Virus record (IMG/VR): IMGVR_UViG_3300001528_000074
Length of the DNA stretch: 64,000 nt
Source: an uncultured virus (IMG/VR IMGVR_UViG_3300001528_000074)
Lineage: Duplodnaviria; Heunggongvirae; Uroviricota; Caudoviricetes
Direction: 5' to 3' (one strand)
The position numbers and the translations under genes are program-made. The notes beneath the pieces were generated by a model. It did not search any database, was not told the DNA's origin, and saw only the letters and a list, made by a program, of their open reading frames with translations. Shown here piece after piece: positions 10,888 to 20,937 of the stretch (positions are counted from its first letter, which is position 1; every line of letters starts with the position of its first letter).

Positions 10888-11409
10888 ATGGCTTACATAA
10901 ATCTTTATGGAACGCTGAGAAATGTAACTGGAGAATATGTAGCATTATCTGAATAGATATAGTATACTGACAATACAACCATCAAGGATGTACTGGATAG
11001 TATATACACAAGAGAATATGACTTTACAAAGGGTGTTTCTTACGAAGATGTGTCCATGTCAAGTCGTTCGTATGATTCCGACGAAAAAGCAACCAAAGTA
11101 GAAGGTGATATTTCTATTGTAGTTCCAAAAACCGCAACATACTCGGTTCAATTAGTATGTAAAGACCCTTAGGGTCAAACTATTATCTGGGGTGGAGATA
11201 CTAAATATAATAAAGTAAATGTATCAAATAGACATTCGTTTGAAGAAACAAATGTTATAACGCTCAAGGTAATAGGAGAATTATATATAACAAAAATTAG
11301 AATAAACCAAGATTGTGGTATACCTACGAAATTATCTGATTTATACAATGATGTGGGCGCTGTAACAGCTTACGTAGATGACAATTCGTTGTGTATAAAT
11401 ACAATCTAA
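10888..11409 (+). CDS. Fibre-associated protein missing from the ORF track (173 aa, 3 TAG)
   Basis: ATG 10888 MAYINLYGTL (compare MATINLYGTL of the upstream gene). Only TAG interruptions until TAA 11407-11409. IPTKLSDLYND fibre-type motif. Confidence 0.75.
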
Positions 11410-11421
11410 TAAAAAAAACAA

Positions 11422-12705
11422 ATGGCTGATATTTCTAGTATTAAGGTTGGTTCGTCAACCTACACCATTAAAGATACAACTGCACGCTCCAGTGCTTCAA
11501 CAAACGCTTCTGCTATAACTGGTCTTCAGTCAATAGTAAATAATCTGCAGGATGATCAAATTGATAGTTTATCAAATAGCCAAACCACAACTACCGTTAG
11601 TGTAGAGTATAATGGTACTGGTGGTGAAGGTCATGGTTACGCAACTACTATACCAGCTGCTACAACATCTCTCGCAGGTGTTATGACAGCAGCAATGGTT
11701 ACTAAACTCAATTCTTTGCAGGCTGTAGCTGGTAAGGCTATGTCTATGATAGGTGTTACAAGCACTAATCTTACAGATGGTACTGCATCTACAAGCGAAC
11801 TTACAGCAGCCTCTACAGGAAGTCTTACTAAAACTAAAGGATTTGTACAGGGTGATGTTGTAATAGTACAGAACTCTTCTACGTCTAATGGTAAAGAATT
11901 TGTTTGTGTAGCAGATAAGTGGGTTGAGTTTGGTGACACATCTCATCTTGGAGCAATGGCTTCATGGAACAGTGCAAAAGGTACTATTTCAATTCCCACA
12001 ACCGATCATAAACATACAGTAACAATTCCTGCATATTCTCACGCTGTCACACAGGGTACTGTTTCTGCATCTGGATCATACACTCCAGCAGGTACCGTTT
12101 CTATCTCTACAGCTCAGGGATCTCAGGCAAACGAAAATATATTCATAAACAGTCACTCTACAGATGGTAGTAAGACATGGGAGCTCACGGATCAATCTCA
12201 GTTTACAGCAGTTACTGCTAGTAAATGTGGATCTAATGTAGCAGCTGTTACAGCAATAAATGGAGGATCTTGTTCTGCTACAGGTGCTGTATCTAACGTT
12301 TATACACCTACTGCAACAGGCACATGGCCTAGCTGCTCAGTTAGTGGAGAAGTTCTTACAATTTCTGCAGGCACGGCTCCTACATGGGGTTCTGCCCACA
12401 CAGTTATAGGTGGTGTATCTTATACTGCCGCATCTGTCAAGGCTACATCAAATGTAGCTGGTGCTGCATCAAATGTAACCGCCTGTGCAATCAATAAGTA
12501 TAGTGATACTGCTTCAGGTTCTGTTAACGGAAGAGACGCATTGGATACAAAGATTTCAAAGGGCTTCACCGGTACTGCTGCTACTATATCTGTATCTGGT
12601 AAAACATCTGGTGTCGCTGTAGCAAGCCATGCATCTGCATCTGCAACTACTGCTGCTACAGGTAATACAACTTCTGCTACGGTTACTATAAGTAAATTAT
12701 CTTAA
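11422..12705 (+). CDS. Tail fibre-like protein, Ser/Thr/Ala-rich (427 aa)
   Basis: IPAATTSLAGVMTAAMVTKLNSL repeat; GKEFV...KWVEFGD motif; YTPAGTVS and FTGTAATISVSG repeats. Confidence 0.65.
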   Translation: MADISSIKVGSSTYTIKDTTARSSASTNASAITGLQSIVNNLQDDQIDSLSNSQTTTTVSVEYNGTGGEGHGYATTIPAATTSLAGVMTAAMVTKLNSLQAVAGKAMSMIGVTSTNLTDGTASTSELTAASTGSLTKTKGFVQGDVVIVQNSSTSNGKEFVCVADKWVEFGDTSHLGAMASWNSAKGTISIPTTDHKHTVTIPAYSHAVTQGTVSASGSYTPAGTVSISTAQGSQANENIFINSHSTDGSKTWELTDQSQFTAVTASKCGSNVAAVTAINGGSCSATGAVSNVYTPTATGTWPSCSVSGEVLTISAGTAPTWGSAHTVIGGVSYTAASVKATSNVAGAASNVTACAINKYSDTASGSVNGRDALDTKISKGFTGTAATISVSGKTSGVAVASHASASATTAATGNTTSATVTISKLS

Positions 12706-12716
12706 TATTGAGTTAG

Positions 12717-13691
12717 ATGGCAAATATATCACAAATAAAGATTGGAAGTACAACATACGATATTTCGTCATGTTTGAACATAAGTAGTTATTGTAAATCG
12801 GGTGGTACTTTGCCAGCTGATTACTATAAGTATAGTTACAGAAAAGATACTCAACCTGTTGAATGTAAGTTGGTCACAATTCCTGATAATTCTAATTATA
12901 AAGGTGCCTTAGAAACCGGTAATCATATAGTATTTGCTTTTTATAATTGTCCAGGCATTAATAGGTATTATAGATATTATGTGTTTAAAGAATCGAACAG
13001 AGGTTATGTTGGCGAATTTAGCGTTGACAGTGCTCCTAAAGCATTAAATGTTGCATTTGGAGTAAGTTTAGCTACAACAACCACAGAAGGATTGATGTCT
13101 GCTGCAGATAAGTCGAAATTAAATTCTTTAGATCTCGACAACATTGCAACAGGGTTAAATATTTCCAGAGATTCTTCTGCTGTATCTATTGCATTATGTA
13201 ATGATGATGAGGATATTTCTGGTACTTACAATATTCCTGCTGCAACTACTGCGAGAGCCGGCGTAATGAGTGCTACAGATAAGTCGAAATTAGACGCTAT
13301 TAGCGATTCTGGTGTTGTATTTGCAGATCAGACTTATGATATGACAGTACAGATAAACAAACTTCTTTTTACAAGCATGAGTACTGCGTTATCAAGTCTG
13401 AATATAGATATTACATTACAGGAATTAGCAAAATATCCGTGTGTATCTGCAACAATAGATAAATCTACACTCACAAACGGTGTAAGAATAGCCCCTGGAC
13501 GTTATAAATTTATTTTATGTGGTGTAGGAAGTAGTTTTACCGACGTAAAAGAAGCATATCTGATCGGAAAGGTTTATTATATAGGTGATCTCGATAGTAT
13601 CACAGAACAAACTTTAGCAATACGATTGGCGTACCAGTCTTATGGTCACGGTATAGCAGAGTGGGGCATCAACGGATATTCGATATCTTAA
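12717..13691 (+). CDS. Tail fibre-like protein (324 aa)
   Basis: Two ATT..G(L/V)MSA.DKSKL repeats. N-terminus paralogous to that of 11422. Confidence 0.65.
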   Translation: MANISQIKIGSTTYDISSCLNISSYCKSGGTLPADYYKYSYRKDTQPVECKLVTIPDNSNYKGALETGNHIVFAFYNCPGINRYYRYYVFKESNRGYVGEFSVDSAPKALNVAFGVSLATTTTEGLMSAADKSKLNSLDLDNIATGLNISRDSSAVSIALCNDDEDISGTYNIPAATTARAGVMSATDKSKLDAISDSGVVFADQTYDMTVQINKLLFTSMSTALSSLNIDITLQELAKYPCVSATIDKSTLTNGVRIAPGRYKFILCGVGSSFTDVKEAYLIGKVYYIGDLDSITEQTLAIRLAYQSYGHGIAEWGINGYSIS

Positions 13692-13737
13692 CAATCCTTA
13701 ATTATGTAGAAAGTAATCAAATTATTTTTGCGATACC

Positions 13738-14613
13738 ATGTCGAATATAAATAATATAGTACTTAATGGCACAAAATACGATATTGTTGATAAGAACTCG
13801 TCAGATAGATTAGATAAAATAGAAGAAGTAATAGTACCTCCTGCAGACGATGATACTGCCAAGGCTGTAACTATACAGGGGGGGGCTATTAAATTCGTTG
13901 ACAAAGAAATCGGTGAAAACGGTGAATATACAGGAAAAATAAAAAGCGCTTTTTAGACGTCTGCAAAGCAACTTAGTACTGTAATAAATCAAGCTCTGAT
14001 GTGGAATCCTGGATGCAAATTTGTAGCTGACAGGTCTACAGTATGTTTAAAAGGTAGTACTATAAACAGTTCGTATGAGTATAGTTCTCATATACCAATT
14101 GTTACTTCCAACACTGCCGGTATACTTACCGGTCAACTCTTCAATGTTATGTTTTCTAGAGCAATTGGGAGTGACACTGCCAAAGGAGAGATTTTTCCAA
14201 TAATAAGTAGTACATCTTCGTCGCCAGGTAGTTCTGACTCGTCATAGTTTGGCCCTGCTGTATCCGTAATGATGCCAGCATTAGCTACAGATGAACAGCC
14301 TATAAACCCATGCACGCACATATATTCAGACACGTTACAGGTAGACGGCGTTAGCGTTTCATACCAACCAGAGCAAAAATTCGCTTATCTTCCCGCATCT
14401 ACAGGCCTCGATGAAGGGTACTATATCGTAACAGCTAATGTAGCTAAACCGACAGCAACAGGTATGACATATGAATCGTTTCATGTATTACAAAGAGACG
14501 GTCAACGCTTTAAATTTTTAAAAACAATAGAATGGGCAGACGCTCCAATAGAGATTAAGAATCTATTTGGTGTAGGCTCAATCAGTATAAATGCAATAAA
14601 CCAAGATGAATAA
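13738..14613 (+). CDS. Fibre-associated protein (291 aa, 2 TAG)
   Basis: Three track ORFs (13738, 13999, 14269) are in one frame, separated only by TAG. N-terminus MSNINNIVLNGTKYDI resembles the two upstream genes. Confidence 0.7.
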
Positions 14614-14941
14614 TAAAGAGAAACTAATGTATATGATAATAGACACAATTGTAGACTGTTGTTCTATCGAAGTAAATGGTATTAAATCGGTTACTGCAGA
14701 ACAAGTTCTTGGTAAATCTAGAGCAGAGAATGTTGTAATGACTAGATGTATAGTTGCTCAGCAGCTGGTTAATTCTGGTTATTCAATGACTACAGTAGCA
14801 GCTGTTCTCAATAGAAGTGTACATGGCATAAGACATCTTATACAAGTAAGTGATCAGTATATGCATACATCACGTGCTTACAGATTAGCTATGGCTCAAG
14901 CTACATTGGGTTGTAGGGATTTAGAACCAGAAGGTTTATAA
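14606..14941 (+). CDS. Small helix-turn-helix protein resembling the DnaA C-terminal DNA-binding domain
   Basis: VTAEQVLGKSRAENVVMTRCIVAQQL...YSMTTVAAVLNRS matches the DnaA domain IV pattern (S/KR...iv.aRqia....S...ig....R). Confidence 0.6.
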   Translation: MNNKEKLMYMIIDTIVDCCSIEVNGIKSVTAEQVLGKSRAENVVMTRCIVAQQLVNSGYSMTTVAAVLNRSVHGIRHLIQVSDQYMHTSRAYRLAMAQATLGCRDLEPEGL

Positions 14942-15060
14942 TTTGTAAACAACTTCTATAAAATCATAATATTAATTTCCTTTTTATTCATCATTCTAAA
15001 CTAAACTTCTTACCTTCCACATTACGTTAACTAAGTGTATAATCAATAAACTTAATTATT

Positions 15061-15915
15061 ATGGAAGGGACAGAAAAGATTTATTGTGTTGATCACAATG
15101 ATAATAATGCTGCTTTAATGTCAGCATTGTGTAATAACAACAGAGGTGCCGAAATGGCAGCTCTTATGAACGGAGGTATGAACAACTGGATGAACAATCC
15201 GTTTATATACCTTGTATTTCTAATGATGTTTGGTCGTAACGGATTGTGGGGCAACGATGGTGTACAGACTGGAGAGAACTTCAATAGTCGTCAGATTGCT
15301 GCTCTACAAGACGTTGTTAACACTAATCATAACAACGACCTTGTCATGTCCGCTATGCAGGACAATCAGGCTGCTATAAGGGAGTTAGCACAGACATTTA
15401 ACTGTGATATTAACTCTATGCAGAATGCTATATGTGGTGTTAAGAGTGCTATTGAACAGGTTGGTGGTGCAGTTGGATTCAGCTCAGAAAGAGTGATCAA
15501 CGCTGCTAATCTTGGTAATCTTAACATAATACAACAACTTAAAGACTGTTGCTGCGAGAACAAACTTACAGCTACAACTCAAGGATATGAGAATCGTATA
15601 GCTACTCTCAATCAAACAAATGCCTTGCAGTCTGGTCAGAATAACATAGCTAATGCTATTGCAGAAGCTCGTACTTATACAAATACAGGTCTTGAAAGAG
15701 GCTTTGCTTCTGTAGCTTACGAAACACAACGTCAAACTTGTGATATTGTCAATAATGCTAATGCTAATACACAGCGTATTATAGATACACTCAACTGTCA
15801 TTGGCAGACCGAAACATCACAAGCATTGCAGGACGCTAAGTTTGAAATCAGTCAGCTTAGACAGAATCAATACTTAATTAACAACCTCGGTGGTGGTTGT
15901 TCTTGTAACGCATAA
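15061..15915 (+). CDS. Conserved hypothetical Asn/Gln-rich protein with hydrophobic stretch and CCCE motif (284 aa)
   Basis: NNPFIYLVFLMMFG hydrophobic segment, helical repeats, LKDCCCENK, ANTQRIIDTL. No TAG. Confidence 0.7.
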   Translation: MEGTEKIYCVDHNDNNAALMSALCNNNRGAEMAALMNGGMNNWMNNPFIYLVFLMMFGRNGLWGNDGVQTGENFNSRQIAALQDVVNTNHNNDLVMSAMQDNQAAIRELAQTFNCDINSMQNAICGVKSAIEQVGGAVGFSSERVINAANLGNLNIIQQLKDCCCENKLTATTQGYENRIATLNQTNALQSGQNNIANAIAEARTYTNTGLERGFASVAYETQRQTCDIVNNANANTQRIIDTLNCHWQTETSQALQDAKFEISQLRQNQYLINNLGGGCSCNA

Positions 15916-15920
15916 TCAGT

Positions 15921-16349
15921 ATGGTTACGATAACTTCTATACCTTCTGCAACAGCTGCTGCTGGGACACAGCAGTAGCTTGTACAGTTGGTTGAGCCATT
16001 GTGCAAACCGTTCAATGACTCCTCAACAATACAACCTATATCATCAGTTACATTTACAGTAGGTGCAGTATAGGTAGAACCTGTTACTTCTGGTTCTACT
16101 ACTACATACAGTGCTATAGTTCCTATAAATGTAACAGGCTACATTACATACAGACCTGTAGGTAAATGTGGTACATTGACTAAGTTGTTTGCTGAGAAAT
16201 TTACAGTAGCTTTTACCGGTCTTACTGCAAGTCCTACTACATTTACTATTACCACCGGAATGTAGACTAAAGGATCTGCAAATGTTAAGAGCTGTAACAA
16301 AGCTTATGCATATAATATTAACACAGCAGTAACTATAACAGCAGCTTGA
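15921..16349 (+). CDS. Beta-rich hypothetical protein missing from the ORF track (142 aa, 3 TAG)
   Basis: ATG 15921 to TGA 16347-16349 with only TAG interruptions. Fills the gap exactly (next ATG at 16351). Confidence 0.75.
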
Positions 16350-16350
16350 T

Positions 16351-16827
16351 ATGTATTTTAAGGATTTAAAACCAGGTTATGTTATTTACATCTTTAATCG
16401 TGATAATGTTACTGTAGAACAAGTAAAAGTAACCCATGTATCGGTTCCTCATTTTGATAGTAAGAACTATCCGGGAAATACTACTATGGTTGTAGATGTC
16501 TCTGCAGGAACAGAGGGTACAACTAAAACGTATACCTTGAAGAATGATACTGATACTGGTTATACAGATCAACTGATTATAACTACAGATAAACAAAACA
16601 TTGTACGTGAGATAGAAATAGCTAAGGCTCAATCTGAAGAGATACTGAGTCAAGTTGAGACTCATAAGAAACGTATAGATAAGTATACCAAAATATTAGC
16701 GGAGTTTAATCCTGCTATAAAAGAGAAACAAGAAATTGATAATCGTTTTGGGAAACTTGAATCATCTATCAATGAGATTAAGAATATACTAATGAACATA
16801 AACAGAAATGATGTGGGTAATAATTAA
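16351..16827 (+). CDS. Hypothetical protein with C-terminal coiled coil (158 aa)
   Basis: Intact ORF, MYFKDLKPGY... ending KEKQEIDNRFGKLESSINEIKNIL. Confidence 0.7.
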   Translation: MYFKDLKPGYVIYIFNRDNVTVEQVKVTHVSVPHFDSKNYPGNTTMVVDVSAGTEGTTKTYTLKNDTDTGYTDQLIITTDKQNIVREIEIAKAQSEEILSQVETHKKRIDKYTKILAEFNPAIKEKQEIDNRFGKLESSINEIKNILMNINRNDVGNN

Positions 16828-17263
16828 ACAATGTAATTAGACTCATGATCAATTACCTAACGAAGAACCAACTGGCCTTATAATAAAAGCCAAGTCCTTC
16901 TTAGACTATGTTCACAAGCATGGCTATCATTTTACAGATAAGCTGTCAGAAATCGCTTCTGAGCGCATGTAGAACGCTAATGGTACACTTCATAGGTGGG
17001 ACTGCCAAGACGTCTTCAGAGAGCTTGAAAACATGCAAATACACGATTATGGGTCTTGTACCTTAGGGGATATAACATACTTAGCTAATATGGCATATGC
17101 TGATTTCTACCCTGAAGTACTTACTGATGAGCATTCTTGTATAAAGTATGCAGTTGCTGTAGCACATGATATTGATGGCTACGATGGGATAGCGTTCTCA
17201 AGATGGGTAGCTGATCTTATTGGTAATCAAACCACAGATATATCATGGGAGAAATATGTTTAA
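16808..17263 (+). CDS. Hypothetical protein (151 aa, 2 TAG)
   Basis: ATG 16808 is in frame with track ORF 17033 across two TAGs. YVHKHGYHFT...YLANMAYADFYP...DIDGYDG. Confidence 0.7.
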
Positions 17264-17266
17264 CTT

Positions 17267-17306
17267 AAACACCGGTACTTAGCAATAGGTACCGGTGTTT
17301 TTATTT
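17267..17306 (+). terminator. Rho-independent terminator
   Basis: AAACACCGGTAC / GTACCGGTGTTT 12-bp inverted repeat followed by a T-rich tract. Confidence 0.85.
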
Positions 17307-17313
17307 GTGTAAT

Positions 17314-17745
17314 ATGGAACTTTTAGTAAAACGAATAGCCAAAAAGAACTCATACACAATAGGTCAATTATTTGTAAATGGTACTAAAGTATGTGATACT
17401 CTTGAAGATAAGGATAGAGGTCTTACATCAAGTATGTCTGTAGAACAAATAAAGAAGCTTAAAGTGTATGGGTAGACTGCAATTCCTACTGGCACGTATA
17501 CTGTTTCCTACACGTATAGTACAAAGTTTAAGAAGTATATGCCTTTAATCAATAATGTAAAAGGTTTTGACGGTATACGTATTCATTCAGGTAATACTGA
17601 TAAAGATACTCTTGGTTGTATTATACTTGGAGAAAACAAGGTTGTAGGTAAAGTAATCAATAGTAGAAATACGTGCGATAAAGTATATTCGATTATAAAG
17701 AAAGCTCTGGATGATGGAGATAAGGTCTCCATAACCATCTAGTAA
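17314..17745 (+). CDS. Putative endolysin/peptidoglycan-acting protein, DUF5675-like (143 aa, 2 TAG)
   Basis: CDTLED...KVYG[TAG]TAIPTGTY...GIRIHSGNTDKDTLGCI. Ends TAG-TAA with a TAATG overlap into the holin. Confidence 0.7.
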
Positions 17746-18266
17746 TGGATATACTTGGATCAATAGGATCTTTTGTAGGTAGTATCACAGGAGATAGCTT
17801 CTTTGGTAAAATAGCCATAGCAGCAGGATCTCTTGCAATAGCCTATATAACCCCAATAGCAGGATTATTGTTCGCCTGCTTTACTTGTACATTAGTAGAC
17901 CTTATATACGGTCTTAAAGTAGCAAAGAAGGCTGGAGCTAAACTTACAAGTAGTAAGAGCTGGAGGGGAACTCTTAGAAAAATCCGAGATGAATTTGTAA
18001 TAATCATGCTCGGACATTTGTTAGAACATTCATTAGCCGGACCCGAGGCTTTAACTGTACTTAGTGGTGGTGCTACAGTACTAATATGTCTTACTGAAAT
18101 ATGGTCTATATTGGAGAATCTAAATACTCTAGACCCAGACGGACCATGGAAAGCTTTAGGTAAATATCTGCGGAAGAAAGGTGTAGATTATGCTGGCATT
18201 AATATAACTGTAACAAAAGATGGTCAAGTTGATATTGAAACTTCTAAACCTACTGAAGAATCATAA
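17745..18266 (+). CDS. Phage holin
   Basis: Several hydrophobic helices; DLIYGL...SSK...G..RK and EIWSILENL holin-family pattern; between lysin and spanin-like genes. Confidence 0.75.
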   Translation: MDILGSIGSFVGSITGDSFFGKIAIAAGSLAIAYITPIAGLLFACFTCTLVDLIYGLKVAKKAGAKLTSSKSWRGTLRKIRDEFVIIMLGHLLEHSLAGPEALTVLSGGATVLICLTEIWSILENLNTLDPDGPWKALGKYLRKKGVDYAGINITVTKDGQVDIETSKPTEES

Positions 18267-18882
18267 AAGACCGGCCATAGAGCTGTTTTTAGGCGTTCTG
18301 ACGGCGTTTAGTGTCATGTATGGGATAACTATGCACAAACACAACGAAACGCTCTCAGATCGCCTGGAAATGGCTGAAAACAATATACAAGCCTATTAGG
18401 AGATTGCCAACAACTCTTAGTAGGCTTGTACTGTTTTAAAACTAGACATGGCAGATCTTAAGAATAGTAAGGATAGTGTTATACAGGAACTATATAAAAA
18501 CATTAAAGAAAATAAGATAAAAGAAAAAAGTTTAAAAACAGCAGCAACCTAGACTTAGATCATAAACGTTAATAAAAGTAAGGGGGTTAGGGGGGATATT
18601 ATATAGATAATTAAAGATAGTATATATACTGATACTATACAATATAATAACCTTACTAAAGTAGGTTATACTATAGGTAAAGATACAGTAAGTGTAACAT
18701 TAGACTTTTAGAATACTCAATGCTTGTATACCTACAAAACGAGAGAATATAAGAACAAAAAGAACTTTTTTAAGAGGTTGTTTACATTAGATTTTAAAAA
18801 AGTAGATAGATATAAATATAAATTAACCAATACAAATGACCTACTTAAAGAGTCAGATGTTAGAATAATAGAACAATAGTAA
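18220..18882 (+). CDS. Putative i-spanin-like lysis protein missing from the ORF track (220 aa, 8 TAG)
   Basis: N-terminal TM segment (LFLGVLTAFSVMYGI), then coiled coil and basic KKNFFKRLF. Only TAG interruptions until TAA 18880-18882. Confidence 0.65.
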
Positions 18883-18883
18883 T

Positions 18884-19597
18884 ATGAATATGTTTTCGCT
18901 ACGTACTATAATAGACGATATACTCTTAATAGTACGAAATAATAATATAAGCGAAAGTGAGGATTTATCAAGAGCACAAATAGCATCATGGGTTCTATAG
19001 TATAAAGCTGCTTTAATAAAAGCCCGTAAAGATAAAGAAGATTAGGCTGATAATGAAGGTAGTGATGACAACTCATTGACTGAAATGCTCAAAGAGATTG
19101 GTCCGCTGTCAGTAGATTGGGAAACTGATGCTGATGGTAATCCTACATATCGCAAGAAAACAGTAGAGCCTATTCCTAGTATCTTAGATAAAGACAGACG
19201 TTATTTATTTTGTGTACATGATATATATCATATGCCTATACAATACATGTCTGAAGAACGTAAGTACTTCCATAGATTTAGAAAGTATACGTTTGGAGAG
19301 ATCACTTACGAGTATGAGATAGATAAGGATGGTAAAGAATGGTTAATATTCCACGGTATAGATCTTAACTACTTAAATAAAGTATGGATAGAAGGATTAT
19401 TCTCGGATACAGACGAGAACGGTGAAGCTGATGAAGACAATGTGACTATACCAGGTTGGATGATACCAGATATTAAAGCCAATATAATGAAGAATGAATT
19501 ATCATTCATGCTACAAAGAATTAGTGATGATGATAATAACTCTACATTAGACGGTATTAAACCACAAACAAGTAGTCAAATTGGCGCACAGAAATAA
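18884..19597 (+). CDS. Putative tail ring protein (237 aa, 2 TAG)
   Basis: ATG 18884 (MNMFSLRTIIDDILLIVRNNNISESEDLSRAQI) is in frame with track ORF 19076. Confidence 0.6.
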
Positions 19598-20039
19598 AAA
19601 CTCATTGACGTTAGTTGATATGCATAAAGCATATTGTAAGAGCCACGAAAAGGTGGATTACAGGCTGTTTAAGAGCGTCTTAGATGATTTTAATTAGATT
19701 GTCCTAGACGCTTTGTTGGAGGGCTCAGAGGGCTTTAAAATGCCTTCTGGGCTCGGTTACGTTTAGGTGGTTAAGTATAAACCTAAAACATATACACCTA
19801 AATCTTTATCAGTAGATTATAAAGCTAGTAAAGAAGAGGGTAAACGTATATATCATCTAAATGAACATTCTAATGGGTATAAATTTAGATTATACTGGTC
19901 TAAAATACCAAGAACATTTCCTGATAGATATAAATATACATTAGGATTTGTACGTTAGAATAAACGTAAATTGGCTCAACTAATATTTAATAATCATGAT
20001 TATATAAATATAGATGATATACAAATATACAAAATGTGA
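19581..20039 (+). CDS. IHF/HU-like DNA-binding protein (~152 aa, 3 TAG; start may be ATG 19620)
   Basis: GFKMPSGLGYV[TAG]VVKYKP...HLNEHSNGYKFRLYW; TGA 20037-20039. Sits before the tail tube gene as in crAss-like phages. Confidence 0.6.
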
Positions 20040-20937
20040 ATCAGTCATTGCAAAGATAATGGCAGATGCTGGTATCGAGGATATACATCTTAGAGTAACA
20101 GATATCAAAGAATGGATATTTGAGGCTATAGAAAAGATAGGAGCACCTGTTCAGTATATCACAAGAGAATCTGGTGTAGATTGCTGTCCTATTCTCAAAA
20201 TATGTGACAACCAAGTACCGTTACCAGATGATTTGGTACACCTGTCTACAGTAGCTTATGCTAGAGACAAAAAAGGTCCTTGGTGCCCTGTGAGAGTGAA
20301 TAATCAATCTTTCAGAGAGGAACCAAGGCCTTGCTGTAATAAGCCGTCAGAAGAGACTAAAGAGGCTTATATGTATGATGTACCGTGTATACATAACGAA
20401 GAACACGAAGACAACTTTGTTAATAAGCCTATAACTATGAATCATCAGTTATATGGTATCAACGGTATGAAGTACTTAGCTAAGCGAGTAGAAGATGGTA
20501 GCGAAGAAGATCCTCAATACTTTATTAAACCAGGTTGGTTAGTAATAAACAGGAAAGAAGGATATATAAGATTGTCTTATAAAGCCATTGCTACAGATGA
20601 AAAAGGTTATCCACTTATACCAGATCTTCCGTCTTATCAAGAAGCTATCTATTGGTATGTACTAATGAAGCTACATTTCCCAAGATTCTTGAAAGGAAAC
20701 TTTGGTAAAGGTAATGCGGTACGTGCCGGTATGGAAATGTATTACTATTTACAAAGAGAATGGTGTTTCTACAGAGGACAAGCTTATGCTGAAGCAATGA
20801 TGCCTAACGAATCAGAGATGATTAATATTAAGAACGAATGGAATAAACTGATCCCGGAATGGGATGGTGATGAAGTATTCTTCAAGACTTCAGGTGAGAA
20901 ACAATTAAACTTCCACGATTATTATTATGGCTACTGA
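20014..20937 (+). CDS. Putative tail tubular/ring protein (307 aa)
   Basis: EWIFEAIEKIG, LPDDL and YKAIATDEKGYPLIPD...EAIYWY motifs; precedes the muzzle gene. Confidence 0.65.
   Translation: MIYKYTKCESVIAKIMADAGIEDIHLRVTDIKEWIFEAIEKIGAPVQYITRESGVDCCPILKICDNQVPLPDDLVHLSTVAYARDKKGPWCPVRVNNQSFREEPRPCCNKPSEETKEAYMYDVPCIHNEEHEDNFVNKPITMNHQLYGINGMKYLAKRVEDGSEEDPQYFIKPGWLVINRKEGYIRLSYKAIATDEKGYPLIPDLPSYQEAIYWYVLMKLHFPRFLKGNFGKGNAVRAGMEMYYYLQREWCFYRGQAYAEAMMPNESEMINIKNEWNKLIPEWDGDEVFFKTSGEKQLNFHDYYYGY

Noticed and set aside
8363..14613. Diversity-generating retroelement or invertase shufflon acting on fibre genes
   Set aside because: No reverse transcriptase, template/variable repeat pair or recombinase is visible, and all fibre genes are co-oriented.
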